Positions 37,906-47,792 of a DNA stretch of 64,000 bases are shown in pieces. Source of the DNA: an uncultured Planctomycetales bacterium (GTDB lineage Bacteria; Omnitrophota; Gorgyraeia; Zapsychrales; CAYRXT01); the NCBI GenBank assembly GCA_964428315.1, contig CAYRXT010000003.1, positions 4,151 through 68,150 of the forward strand. The letters run 5' to 3'. The position numbers and the translations under genes are program-made. Positions within the stretch are counted from its first letter, which is position 1, and every line of letters starts with the position of its first letter. The notes beneath the pieces were generated by a model. It was not told where the DNA came from, ran no database searches, and saw nothing but the letters and a program-made list of their open reading frames with translations.

Positions 37906-39279
37906 TTACCTGTGTTTTTTTCTGCTTTTCGAGGCCGGCCTCATCAGATTCGCCCCCAATAAGTCTTCGACAGGTCTGTCAAAATATTCGATGGGATAAC
38001 CGGCCTTGTCCGCGATGTCCAACAAATCCGTCTTGCCATCGACATTCCACATCAGATGATAGTAGGCCCGAGCCCGCTTACGGGCCTCCTCCCCGCTGGC
38101 CTTCGTCGTCCCCTCTCCCACACCCAAATCAAAAGGATAGATCCCATATCCCGTGAGAAACGGTTCTACGACAAAATTTCCTTTGTAAACCTGCGTACGC
38201 TCAATGGTCGTAAGAACCTTCCAATACGCGCAAAGGGACTTGAAAAGCGCTTCCGGCTTGACGTATTCCAGGTTGTCGAGGCTCGTGTGATAAGTGGAAT
38301 ATTTTCCGGGTGGAGTACGCATGAGACTTCCCATGGGAAGGCGCACCCCGATACCATTAAACTGTCTCTCGTCCGAATAACGCTCGTTGCCGGGCAAAAC
38401 GACATAGTCATATCCTAAGCTAGCCAGGGCATGCGTAACCGCCCGGTCAAACACGGAATCCTTTTGGAAGCTGGGATTGTAATGGAACCGACCGCTTTCA
38501 TCGTCACCGAGGCAGAGCAGGACGTAGCCTCCCACGGTCTTTTTCAAACGCTCTGGGTAGTGGTAAATATACGTAACAGCCCCGATCGTCTCCGGCCAGA
38601 TGACAAGCCGGTAAGAATAACGGCGGCGGGGAAGCCTCTCCAGCATTTTGAATAGTTCAACGGCTACGGCCACACCGCTAAGATTATCATTGGCGCCGTG
38701 GGGATGGCACAGGTAGCTGGTGATCAAGACCTCCTCCTCGCTTTCACCAGGAAGAAAATATTCCCCCATGCGCAGGGCGCCGTCAAAGTGTTCCGTATCA
38801 ATACGTACCTGATAGCGCCCTGGCACAAGGGCATCCACTTGGCGTTGAGAAGCGCATAATCCCCATTTTTCGCGATAATAGGTGACTCGCAGAGGAATCG
38901 CATCGGGGAGAAGGTGATGCGATCCGATATGTTCCAATAATTCCTCACGATCCATCTCACCGCAAAAGGGTTGGCTGTAGACAAACAGATGGTAATGACA
39001 CTCTTCGAAATCCAGGATCTTCTGTCCATCTGGATCAACAACATAACTGGAATTCACTTTGAATTCTTTAGGTATAACCCAATCAAACACCCTTCTCTGG
39101 CTAGGAAATTCCTTGATCGTCAATGGTAGTTTTTTTTTAATACTTTTTAACGAAATATGAAATCCCGGTCCCAGCAATGAACGATAAAGAGGAAACAATT
39201 CAACCATAAGCTCCCACATGCTTTGGGCATTGCGATCATTGGGTTCAATCTTTTTCTTTTCCGGATTCTCCGTCTTCAC
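37906..39279 (-). CDS. DUF4910 family protein (M28 peptidase-like fold, C-terminal wHTH)
   Basis: RSLLGPG, FDWVIPKE, AIP..TYY, SYLCHP..ANDNLSG, PETIGA, SDERQF and YHTSLD motifs. Confidence 0.9.
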   Translation of the reverse strand: MKTENPEKKKIEPNDRNAQSMWELMVELFPLYRSLLGPGFHISLKSIKKKLPLTIKEFPSQRRVFDWVIPKEFKVNSSYVVDPDGQKILDFEECHYHLFVYSQPFCGEMDREELLEHIGSHHLLPDAIPLRVTYYREKWGLCASQRQVDALVPGRYQVRIDTEHFDGALRMGEYFLPGESEEEVLITSYLCHPHGANDNLSGVAVAVELFKMLERLPRRRYSYRLVIWPETIGAVTYIYHYPERLKKTVGGYVLLCLGDDESGRFHYNPSFQKDSVFDRAVTHALASLGYDYVVLPGNERYSDERQFNGIGVRLPMGSLMRTPPGKYSTYHTSLDNLEYVKPEALFKSLCAYWKVLTTIERTQVYKGNFVVEPFLTGYGIYPFDLGVGEGTTKASGEEARKRARAYYHLMWNVDGKTDLLDIADKAGYPIEYFDRPVEDLLGANLMRPASKSRKKHR

Positions 39280-41027
39280 TTTCTCCCCTCCTTACACCCT
39301 TCTCGCAAGAATGCGTATCTGTCCAAATCTACATACTGGATTCTCATATCATCAAGAACAAAACGCGTTATTTGTTCGACTTGTTCTTTCATTTTTTTGA
39401 CGTGTTCAGGTTGAAGAAACTGACGACCTGCCTTGTCCCACAAAGCACCCCCCCGCCAGTCTTTGAGAATGCAGCGGGCACCAACATGAGGACAGAAGTA
39501 ATACGTTGTGTTCTCCATTATACTGTAAAGGAAATAGGTCATAACCTTGGCGGCCCGTATCTGTCCAGCGTTCAACGGTTTCAATGCCCTAATCTGTTTG
39601 AGATAATTGCAAAATTCTTCGACGTTGGGCGGTTCGATCGTGAATCCGTGTCCTCCGTACCGGCCTTCTGTTGTCAGGACACACGGTATGCCATAGGCCG
39701 AAAATTCAAGCCCTGCGGTTCCTGTCCCCGTCACAATCGCGTGTGCGATATAGCGTAATGAGCTTGTATTGAAATCGGCTTCCGCATCGAGAAATCGGAT
39801 ATGCTCGCACGCAACGCGCGACATAATTCCATTCAAATCGATATCTTTTGTCGGATAATATCTCTGTGTAGGATGTTCCTTGAATATCCAGTTGACCTCT
39901 TTGACATTTCGGGCAATATCCAACGTTTTCATGAAGAGATGATAATAATCCGTAAATAACATGCGGCGGGGATAACTCCAGTGGGGATTGTCGTTAAAGG
40001 CATGCAGCATGACGAAAACAAGAGGCTTGCGGTCATCCAGGTCGTAATCTTTATAAAAAGATTCCGGGGAAGTATAAAGTTTTTTTTCGGGATTGAAGGC
40101 CAGGGCGGCGTCTATGCGCCCCACGCCTCCTGTGAGCCTTTTTTCAAGATACTCATCAGCCGCACGCTCAACCGTTCCGTCATCGTTTTCCATCATAAGA
40201 GAAAAATACTCGGGAATGGGTGATGTGGGATGACGGGTGGAATCATCCATGGTGCGGTATTTTTTTATGAGCAACTGATGAGAACCGACTCGATTCAAAA
40301 TCTCGATACCCTCACGAATAATATGCTTCGCGATAATACTACCTTTTGGCCCCATCAACTGGCTTAAGACGGCAATTTTTATCGGGTAAACATGCAAAAT
40401 GCGCTTGATGGCATCCCGCGTCAGGTAGATACTAACCAGCGCGCGCAACACTTTTCCATCGATGCGATGAATCGTTGCGTAACCGTAGGATAGAACGGCA
40501 TCGTAGATGACATTTCCTATTACAATGTCGTCTACTCGCAGCTCCAGAATATCACCAGGTGTCTTTAAAGAGCGAAAAACGCGGTAGGCTTTCCAGGCCG
40601 CTCTTAACTTTGACAACCGAAAAGGCCATCCTGCCAGATAAACAAACTCAGCCTGCGGATAGGTTTCGAGTATTTGTTTAACCGGCGTCTTCACTGTATC
40701 CCTGATGGCAAACAGGGGCTTGACACCTTTGGCCTGCGCGACGATCATGCCGAAAGAGGCGTTGCACAGATCGATCACGTCGTGGCCCGTGGTCTCAATA
40801 TAAACGTATCCGTCCACCTCTTCCGGCGGGGAATACCGGCTCCAGAACTTATTGTTCTCCTGCATAAACAGTATTTGGGATGGCGTCAACGGCATAGGAA
40901 CAAACCTGTGGAGACACTCTTGCCACAGCTTCACGGCCCGGCACCGCGCCGCTCTCAAGACGGATGCGGGGGGCCAACGGCCTCCCCCTCTCTCCTCAGC
41001 ATGCCTGTTTGGACCTTTGGTTTTCAT
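39276..41027 (-). CDS. Capsule-biosynthesis (KpsS-like) protein, putative ulosonic-acid glycosyltransferase
   Basis: VFVMLHAFNDNPH, WIFKEHP and GTAGLEF motifs. Paralogue of 31598-33190. Confidence 0.6.
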   Translation of the reverse strand: MKTKGPNRHAEERGGGRWPPASVLRAARCRAVKLWQECLHRFVPMPLTPSQILFMQENNKFWSRYSPPEEVDGYVYIETTGHDVIDLCNASFGMIVAQAKGVKPLFAIRDTVKTPVKQILETYPQAEFVYLAGWPFRLSKLRAAWKAYRVFRSLKTPGDILELRVDDIVIGNVIYDAVLSYGYATIHRIDGKVLRALVSIYLTRDAIKRILHVYPIKIAVLSQLMGPKGSIIAKHIIREGIEILNRVGSHQLLIKKYRTMDDSTRHPTSPIPEYFSLMMENDDGTVERAADEYLEKRLTGGVGRIDAALAFNPEKKLYTSPESFYKDYDLDDRKPLVFVMLHAFNDNPHWSYPRRMLFTDYYHLFMKTLDIARNVKEVNWIFKEHPTQRYYPTKDIDLNGIMSRVACEHIRFLDAEADFNTSSLRYIAHAIVTGTGTAGLEFSAYGIPCVLTTEGRYGGHGFTIEPPNVEEFCNYLKQIRALKPLNAGQIRAAKVMTYFLYSIMENTTYYFCPHVGARCILKDWRGGALWDKAGRQFLQPEHVKKMKEQVEQITRFVLDDMRIQYVDLDRYAFLREGCKEGRK

Positions 41028-41854
41028 TTTTGATACGGCCTCACCCTAGGCGGTTCATCCAGCCAGATGTAGATGTCCTCTTTAAAGGCCTCAATGGTCC
41101 ATCGATAAAAATCGTTCAGCGAGTAGGCGTATAACAGGCCTTTTCCCAACTTCGATTCAGCGATCCGGTGCCCCTTTTGCAGAAAACGTTCAAAAATCTT
41201 CACATTGCGGTTGCGTTTGATAGCGCATTCCCGGTAATACACAAAAAGATAAAACGGCTCCTCGGCGATGTCCTGCCCGCGGACGACCGGGTGTATGAAT
41301 TCCTTTGTGTATCGATAGGGGACCCCCATAATCATCTCGACATGGTGCACCAAAGACGTAGTCAGCCGGGGCGGCAACCCCATGCTGACGCAAAGCGTTT
41401 CTCGTTCGAGCAAGCGCGCCTTGGGAGTTTGCGGACCGTAGGCATGGCGGGAGACATCGCTGCACATCTCTCTGGCTTCCCGGCCGATGGCCGCATACGA
41501 CGTAAAGGGATGAAAACTCCGGACCGCACCCTCTCGTGTCCGGATGTACTCCGTCAGGACACCCCGTTCGCTTTTTGTCGTACGGGGATCAAAGGGTTCC
41601 TTTGTATTGCACAGGTAAGTGCTGGAAGTGCTCACGACGATCGTCCCCTTGTTCAGATCGACCAAATCCGAAAGAACACGAAAATGAGCCTCCAGGATAT
41701 CTTCTTTTTTTCGGGATTCAAAATATCCAAGTTTGAGCAGGTCTGTCTTGAGAAGGACCGTCATGCCCCTCCTGACCCCGACCTCCTCGTAGGCCCTGCG
41801 TAAATCCTCCGCCGTATAATCCACCATGTTTTTCCCCCGTTTGCTTACCGACAT
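41024..41854 (-). CDS. AAC(3)-family N-acyltransferase
   Basis: GVLTEYIR, RSFHPFTSYAAIG and HHVE...VPYRYTK motifs. Confidence 0.88.
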   Translation of the reverse strand: MSVSKRGKNMVDYTAEDLRRAYEEVGVRRGMTVLLKTDLLKLGYFESRKKEDILEAHFRVLSDLVDLNKGTIVVSTSSTYLCNTKEPFDPRTTKSERGVLTEYIRTREGAVRSFHPFTSYAAIGREAREMCSDVSRHAYGPQTPKARLLERETLCVSMGLPPRLTTSLVHHVEMIMGVPYRYTKEFIHPVVRGQDIAEEPFYLFVYYRECAIKRNRNVKIFERFLQKGHRIAESKLGKGLLYAYSLNDFYRWTIEAFKEDIYIWLDEPPRVRPYQK

Positions 41855-43134
41855 CAGGACCGGAAAACGGCCTTAAGCGGAACTCCCTTAATCATTTTTT
41901 TCACACTATTAGTCTCCAGCGCTTTCTTTATGATCCCGAGCGTCTGCCGGTAAACACGCAGAGTGATTTTGATCTCCCTGTCAGTATGACGGTAACAGAC
42001 AAGATGGTTTCCCGTAAAGAGAAGACCACGCTTGATGCATTCCTGCTGGAAAAGGCTCTTCACGAGAAGATCTTCGCGCCCCTGCCTGTCGTAAAAGAAA
42101 ATCTTGTTTCTGGGGGCAAACCCCACACATCGCGTCAAGGAACCGAGCCCAAGTTCCCCGGCCAGTTTATTGTAACCGCTCTGCAGTTGTTCCCCTTGTC
42201 TCCACAAACGGGGAATCACTCTTTGCTTCTTGATCTCCCTAATCGTTGCCAGCGCCGCCGCAATGGAAACAATCTCGCCGCCAAACGTAAAGGAAAAAAA
42301 GACCTTATCGAAGTCCTTCATGATATCCCTTTTTCCCACGACCGCTGAAATGGGAAAACCGTTTCCCATGGCCTTTCCGAAACAGGCCAGATCCGGGACA
42401 ACGCCGAAATATTCCTGGGCTCCGCCGAGGGTAAAGCGGAACCCCGTCACGATTTCGTCAAAAATCAGCAAGGCGCCGTTGCCGTGTGCCAGCCGCTTCA
42501 CCTTGCGCAGGAAGCCGTTCTTCGGAGATTCCATGCCCACAGGCTCCATAATCACACAGGCGATCTCTCCTTTGTTTTTGTCAAAAATCTTTTTCAGTCC
42601 ACTCAAATCATTATATTGAAAAGGCAGGGTCAGTTTTTTCGTGCATTCCGGGACACCTCTATTCCAGGCTGTCGTCGCGATATACCAGTCCTGCCAACCA
42701 TGGTATCCGCAGCAGGCCACCTTTTCTCTCCCGGTAACCGCCCGCGCCAGCCTGACCGCTCCAGAGGTCGCGTCCGAACCGTTTTTTCCGAAACGCGCCA
42801 TCTGCGCGCAGGGGATGATGTCACACAAAACACGGGCCAGCTCATGCTCCAGTGGATGCGGAAGCGTAAATGTCGTTCCTTTCCCCAGAACACCTTTAAC
42901 GGCAGACGTGACCGCGGGATGATTATGTCCCAATATGACCGGGCCCAGGGCCATCAGGTAATCGATATATCTGTTGCCGTCCACGTCCCAGACGTAACAG
43001 CCTTTTCCTTTTTTGATAAAGGCCGGGGCAACACCCTCTACAAACTGGGACGACCCCTTGCTAAGAGTCTGCGTCGCGCCGGGGATCCGTTGGCGGGCCT
43101 TCTTCAACAACCGTTTCGACTGGGACATTTGCAT
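41854..43134 (-). CDS. Class III PLP aminotransferase (GSA-aminomutase-like)
   Basis: PGATQTLSK, DVDGNRYID, KNGSDAT, GYHGW, FDEIVTGFR and FGKAMGNG motifs. Confidence 0.9.
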   Translation of the reverse strand: MQMSQSKRLLKKARQRIPGATQTLSKGSSQFVEGVAPAFIKKGKGCYVWDVDGNRYIDYLMALGPVILGHNHPAVTSAVKGVLGKGTTFTLPHPLEHELARVLCDIIPCAQMARFGKNGSDATSGAVRLARAVTGREKVACCGYHGWQDWYIATTAWNRGVPECTKKLTLPFQYNDLSGLKKIFDKNKGEIACVIMEPVGMESPKNGFLRKVKRLAHGNGALLIFDEIVTGFRFTLGGAQEYFGVVPDLACFGKAMGNGFPISAVVGKRDIMKDFDKVFFSFTFGGEIVSIAAALATIREIKKQRVIPRLWRQGEQLQSGYNKLAGELGLGSLTRCVGFAPRNKIFFYDRQGREDLLVKSLFQQECIKRGLLFTGNHLVCYRHTDREIKITLRVYRQTLGIIKKALETNSVKKMIKGVPLKAVFRS

Positions 43135-43165
43135 CGATCAAATCTCTCATACACTCATCGGTGTC

Positions 43166-43891
43166 TTACCACTTGACTATCAGGATATCCTCACGCGTCT
43201 TGTTCATCGGCAACCCGTCTCTCTGGGGTAAAAGATACGTCTCACAGCCCATGCCGCGGTACCTCTGCAAAATGGAAAACACCACGCTCTCGTCGAATTC
43301 TCCCTCTTTAAAGGTATTCCATTCGACCTTCGGGGGTTCCGCGGTCTTCGCCCATTCCATGTGCAAACGCCTGCCGGCCTCCGAGCCGAGGAAGCGCCTC
43401 TTTTTCGTGATATTGGGCAGGTCTCCCAAAAGAAGCCGGCCACCGTTCTTCAAAAGCGAAACGGCCTTGTCCAGGAATCGGAACATGTTACCGTGGACAA
43501 AGACGATCTGGATCACGCTGTAAACGATGACATAATCGATGCCGTCCTTGTATTCTTCAATAAAGTCAGAACATATCGGAAACTCGCACGAGATTTTTTC
43601 AAGAAAGCTCTCATCGGGAAGCTGATCGAGCATCTCCTTGGAATCGATCAGGATAAGAGGATTCTTGTTGACCCGTGCGAAGTCTATCAGGTCGCGCGCC
43701 GGCGTACTGCATCCGCAGCCGATATCGCAGATGACGCCGCCCGGTTGGATATCCAGTTTGTCACGGACATCGGGAACAATATTCTTCTCTTTGTTCTCTG
43801 GCCCAACATGGATCTGCGCGCGTCCGACCTTTTCAAAGGCGCGCAGTTTTTCGTCCCTGGCTTTCCTGCGAAAATCGTCAAACGTCAGCAT
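43166..43891 (-). CDS. Class I SAM-dependent methyltransferase
   Basis: DIGCG, YSVIQ and LKNGGRLLLGD motifs. Confidence 0.85.
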   Translation of the reverse strand: MLTFDDFRRKARDEKLRAFEKVGRAQIHVGPENKEKNIVPDVRDKLDIQPGGVICDIGCGCSTPARDLIDFARVNKNPLILIDSKEMLDQLPDESFLEKISCEFPICSDFIEEYKDGIDYVIVYSVIQIVFVHGNMFRFLDKAVSLLKNGGRLLLGDLPNITKKRRFLGSEAGRRLHMEWAKTAEPPKVEWNTFKEGEFDESVVFSILQRYRGMGCETYLLPQRDGLPMNKTREDILIVKW

Positions 43892-44943
43892 GGCATGGCC
43901 TCCATGACATTGTTTTTGAACGTGTCCGCGTCCTTCAAAAAAAAGGCCTTGTCGAAATATTTAACGCCGCGGAACAACGGCACCATCTTCGTCCCGAACC
44001 CCCGTTTGAAATGGCTGATGTTGATCTGTTTGGCGTCCAGGTAGCTTCCGAATCCGTCGACCCGGTTGAACCCGCACGGCCTCGCTAATTGCAAAAATTC
44101 AAAACCCCGGTTCTTATAATACTGGACCGCGCGCCAGATCAGGACATGGTAGACCGGGAGGCTCCCGTATTCGGGATCATCCGAACCGCTGGCGTACACC
44201 GCGGTCCTGCCCTGATGAAAAAAATACAGGAAACCGATGAAGCGCCGTTTTTTCTTCAGCCCGAAAAGGCTGGCCTCGTCGTTCTTCAACATGGCGAACT
44301 GCAGGTCAAAGGTTTTTTTGCCGCGCGTGACCCGGCCCGCGCATTGCCGGTGAAGCTTCCGGTAGGTCTCATGGACCTTATAATCCGGTTTGTGGAAGTC
44401 AAACAGGACAACCTGCAAGGCTTTGTCGTCCATGATCTTTTTGATACTGCGCCGGTGGTTCTCCCGGAACGACCGGAAAATGCTCTGGCCGCCGGGCCGC
44501 AGGTCGATGATTCCGTCCGTGGAAGAGGTGTCCATATAGCCGAACGCGAGCAGATTGTTGAACTTCTCGCGGTATTCCATGACCAGAGGATCCAGATAAA
44601 AACGGATAACCGCGATCCTGTGCTCCCGGGCCAGCCCGTCAATAAAAGCGAACATCTCCTTTTCCACTTTTTCGTCCGACGCCAGCGGGGCGGGGACATA
44701 ACCTCCGGAGGCCGTCATGCATCGGCGTCCCATGCGTTCCTCGACCGGAAGAAAACAGATGCCGACCGGATCCTTGCCGCGCAGGGCCACAAAGCTGAGA
44801 TCATCAACCATTGCCGTGGAATAGGTCAGCATATAATCCAGACAGCGGGGGAGGTAACGATAACTGGCAGGATAACCGTCGAGAAAGGCCTTCCATTTCT
44901 TGACGAACTCCTTCTCGTTATCTTTTCTAAACAAGATATTCAT
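43885..44943 (-). CDS. FemAB-like/GNAT acyltransferase
   Basis: IIDL...FRENHRRSIKK, YASG, HVLIWRAV and FKRGFG motifs. Start moved to ATG 44943. Confidence 0.78.
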   Translation of the reverse strand: MNILFRKDNEKEFVKKWKAFLDGYPASYRYLPRCLDYMLTYSTAMVDDLSFVALRGKDPVGICFLPVEERMGRRCMTASGGYVPAPLASDEKVEKEMFAFIDGLAREHRIAVIRFYLDPLVMEYREKFNNLLAFGYMDTSSTDGIIDLRPGGQSIFRSFRENHRRSIKKIMDDKALQVVLFDFHKPDYKVHETYRKLHRQCAGRVTRGKKTFDLQFAMLKNDEASLFGLKKKRRFIGFLYFFHQGRTAVYASGSDDPEYGSLPVYHVLIWRAVQYYKNRGFEFLQLARPCGFNRVDGFGSYLDAKQINISHFKRGFGTKMVPLFRGVKYFDKAFFLKDADTFKNNVMEAMPC

Positions 44944-46261
44944 AATGAACAGTTTTGTTCGATGACAGTTCTTTCTTGTTTTCGTAAACCTTACAGAAGG
45001 CACGAACAATATCTTTTATATCACTTTTTTTCAGTGGATAACGGCAAAGCCCGGTCGTTATCAACGCTTCCGCGTGCATCTTTTCGGCGACAGGACAGAT
45101 ACCCGGAGAATAGTCCACACGACCTTTATAATAAGGCGGCCGGAACGGATAGCCTTGCCGGCCGAGTGCGGTCTTTTTTTGATACATGGGTTCGAAATAA
45201 ATCGGCCGGACGTAGCCTTCGCCAAGGGGTATGCCTTCCGCCCTGACAGCTTTTACAAAAATACCGCGTGAAAAACCGGCAGTTTCTGCCTTCAATTTTA
45301 TGGGGAAAGAAAAATACACGTGACGGTTGCCCGGCCGAATTAAGGGTAATTCCAGTCCCGGCAATCCCGCTTTTTTCAAGCCGTCTCGCAAGGTGTCGGC
45401 CAATTCAATGCGGTATTCTGTCAAATACTCAAGCTTGTCGAACTGCGCAATACCCACTGCCGCTTCCAGTTCCGTCATTCGGTAATTCCAACCCAGCATA
45501 TTGACGATATCGTTCATCTTCATCTTTCCGACCACAACCTCTCCGTGGTTACGGATCAGACGCGCCTTCTCGGCGATCCTCGCATCATTTGTCATGATCA
45601 TGCCGCCCTCACCGGTCGTCATCGTCTTTTGCTGGTTAAAACTGAAAACACCGGCGGTGCCGATCGTTCCTACGTAGCGGCCTTTATAAGTTGCCGCCGG
45701 CGACTGCGCGCAGTCCTCGATAAGCGCCAGTCTGTACCGCCTTGCCAAGGTCTTGAGCCCGGACATATCGGCGGCCTGTCCGAAGAGATGCACCACAACA
45801 ATCGCCCTGGTGTATTTCGTAATCTTCTTTCTCACGCATTCGGGATCCAGACCGAAGATGTCCTCCTGTATATCGGCAAAAACCGGAATGCCGCCGGTCA
45901 TAACAATGGCGGAGGCCGAAGCGGACATCGTATAGGGCGTGACAATCACCTCGTCGCCGGGGCCGACCCCGGCGGCGGCCAGCGCGGCATGCAGACCAGC
46001 CGTCGCCGAATTGACCGCCACGGCATATTGTATTTCGAAATACCGGCAAAAGCGCCTCTCCAGTTCCCGAACCTTCGGTCCTCCGAGAAACGGCTCACCG
46101 GGCGAAGCCAGAAATCCGGACAAAATCCCGCTTTTCAGGACGTCCCTGACCTGGCGCAACTCCTCTTTGCCGAGGACAGGATGAGCGGAAAACGGTTTCA
46201 GTCGAACCTTTTTTCCCCCGAACAAGGCCAATGCCGGGCGTTTCTTAGCAGCTGAGCTCAT
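44927..46261 (-). CDS. DegT/DnrJ/EryC1/StrS aminotransferase
   Basis: VNSATAGL, GPGDEVI, IEDCAQ, FSFNQQKTMTTGEGG and GWNYRM motifs. Confidence 0.93.
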   Translation of the reverse strand: MSSAAKKRPALALFGGKKVRLKPFSAHPVLGKEELRQVRDVLKSGILSGFLASPGEPFLGGPKVRELERRFCRYFEIQYAVAVNSATAGLHAALAAAGVGPGDEVIVTPYTMSASASAIVMTGGIPVFADIQEDIFGLDPECVRKKITKYTRAIVVVHLFGQAADMSGLKTLARRYRLALIEDCAQSPAATYKGRYVGTIGTAGVFSFNQQKTMTTGEGGMIMTNDARIAEKARLIRNHGEVVVGKMKMNDIVNMLGWNYRMTELEAAVGIAQFDKLEYLTEYRIELADTLRDGLKKAGLPGLELPLIRPGNRHVYFSFPIKLKAETAGFSRGIFVKAVRAEGIPLGEGYVRPIYFEPMYQKKTALGRQGYPFRPPYYKGRVDYSPGICPVAEKMHAEALITTGLCRYPLKKSDIKDIVRAFCKVYENKKELSSNKTVHYEYLV

Positions 46262-47253
46262 CTCAATCTGATCCTCCTTTGCTTCCGGGCCGAAAGGACC
46301 AAGGCCTCGACAACCCTTAGTGATTTTAAAGCATCACGCCCCGGTGAAAGGGGTTTCTCTCTTTTCTCCAGACACCGGATGATATGATCGACTCCCTGCT
46401 CCAGGGAGATCGGCCCGCGGCGATTCTTAAAGGGCAAGCCCCCTCTTGCCGAAAGTCTTCTGAGTTTCAATAACGGGTTGATATCAGACGACTCAAAATA
46501 TTCAACCGTCTGGTCAAACCGGACGCGCGCGCGGGATCCCACGATATCGATTTCAAGAATGATAAAATTTCTGTCGTCGCAGGCTTTTAACGCGACATCG
46601 GGTCCCCCTCGAAATCGAATAACCCCGTCGAGATTCGGATCACCCCTCCTGCGCGAAACGTTCCAGCTGGGATGAGCCAAAACCTCAACCGGCTCTCCGA
46701 AAAGAAATCTTAAATAATCCACAACATGGATCCCCGTGTTAAAAATGCCTCGGGTGTAGTAGACATTCACCTGCTGAATGCGCCCCACTTCCAGACGGCG
46801 GATCTTCGCAGCAAGCTCACGGTGAAAGGGATCAAAACGACGCTGATGGTTGACCATTAACAAAACCCGTTTACGGGCGCAGGCCTTCACGATAATCTCG
46901 GCGTCGCGTGAAATCGAAGCAATCGGCTTTTCGCAAAAAATCGCCTTAACCGGATAGTGGAGCACGGCCCTGATGACATCCAGATGAGTTGGCGACGGCG
47001 TACATACACTCACAATATCCACCGCTTCGTTTTCCATCATTTTCCCAATGTCCTTATAGGCGGAGGGCACGCGCCACTTTTTTTGAAAGGCCCGGCGTCT
47101 GGAGGCGTTGGGTTCGCAAACAGCTGCCAGTTCCGTGCGCAGATGCTTCGTGTACGCGCCGGCATGGGTGAGGACGAAAGGTCCACTGGTACCGGTGTCA
47201 AACCCGCCTGCGATCCGTCCGCAGCCAATGATGCCTGTCTTATAGATTCTCAT
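46258..47253 (-). CDS. Gfo/Idh/MocA oxidoreductase
   Basis: IIGCGRI, CEKP, VNHQRRF and GIHVVD motifs. Confidence 0.92.
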   Translation of the reverse strand: MRIYKTGIIGCGRIAGGFDTGTSGPFVLTHAGAYTKHLRTELAAVCEPNASRRRAFQKKWRVPSAYKDIGKMMENEAVDIVSVCTPSPTHLDVIRAVLHYPVKAIFCEKPIASISRDAEIIVKACARKRVLLMVNHQRRFDPFHRELAAKIRRLEVGRIQQVNVYYTRGIFNTGIHVVDYLRFLFGEPVEVLAHPSWNVSRRRGDPNLDGVIRFRGGPDVALKACDDRNFIILEIDIVGSRARVRFDQTVEYFESSDINPLLKLRRLSARGGLPFKNRRGPISLEQGVDHIIRCLEKREKPLSPGRDALKSLRVVEALVLSARKQRRIRLR

Positions 47254-47792
47254 TTCCTCCGGTATTCCCTGCGCAGGATGCTCATCCGCAGGGCGTCATA
47301 AAAACGGTTATTGCGAAAAATCTCATCCCGCAGGACGCCCTCTTTGACAAAACCAGCCTTCTCGTAAGTCTTCACGGCAGCCAAATAGTCGGCGTTCACC
47401 CCCAGAAATATCTTATGGAAGTTCAGCTTCTCGAATCCGTACTGGACCATCAGCCTGGTCGCTTCGGTGGCAAAGCCCTTGTTCCATTTTGTTTTTTCAC
47501 CGATGAAGATCCTGTACTCGGCGGCATGCGTGACGGCGCGGATCCCGTAAAAACCGCACCATCCGACAGGCCTGGCGGTCTTCTTGTCCACGATCGTCAT
47601 GGGAATGGTTTTCGTGTCGCGTATCTCCTTCTGCCACTGTTCGTCCAAGACTTCAAGATGCGTCGGCCTTTCCCCCATGATCATAAATTTCGTTACCTCG
47701 GGGTCATTAAGCCAGTGCAAGATAAATGAAAGGTCCTCCCGGGTCGTTCCGCGCAGATCCAACCTCTTCCCCCCCAAAAATGGTGAATTCAT
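47250..47792 (-). CDS. GNAT N-acetyltransferase (RimJ/PseH-like)
   Basis: IGE...NKGFATEA, YEKAGF.KEG.LR. AGGAGG precedes ATG 47792. Confidence 0.85.
   Translation of the reverse strand: MNSPFLGGKRLDLRGTTREDLSFILHWLNDPEVTKFMIMGERPTHLEVLDEQWQKEIRDTKTIPMTIVDKKTARPVGWCGFYGIRAVTHAAEYRIFIGEKTKWNKGFATEATRLMVQYGFEKLNFHKIFLGVNADYLAAVKTYEKAGFVKEGVLRDEIFRNNRFYDALRMSILRREYRRK

Noticed and set aside
41024-41854. Aminoglycoside resistance gene
   Set aside because: It has the AAC(3) fold but sits inside a glycan operon near DUF4910/ACP genes with no mobile context. Amino-sugar acylation is more plausible.
41854-43134. hemL (tetrapyrrole synthesis)
   Set aside because: It has PGATQTLSK and KNGSDA rather than the HemL PGGVNSP and NSGTEA motifs, and lies in a sugar-pathway context.
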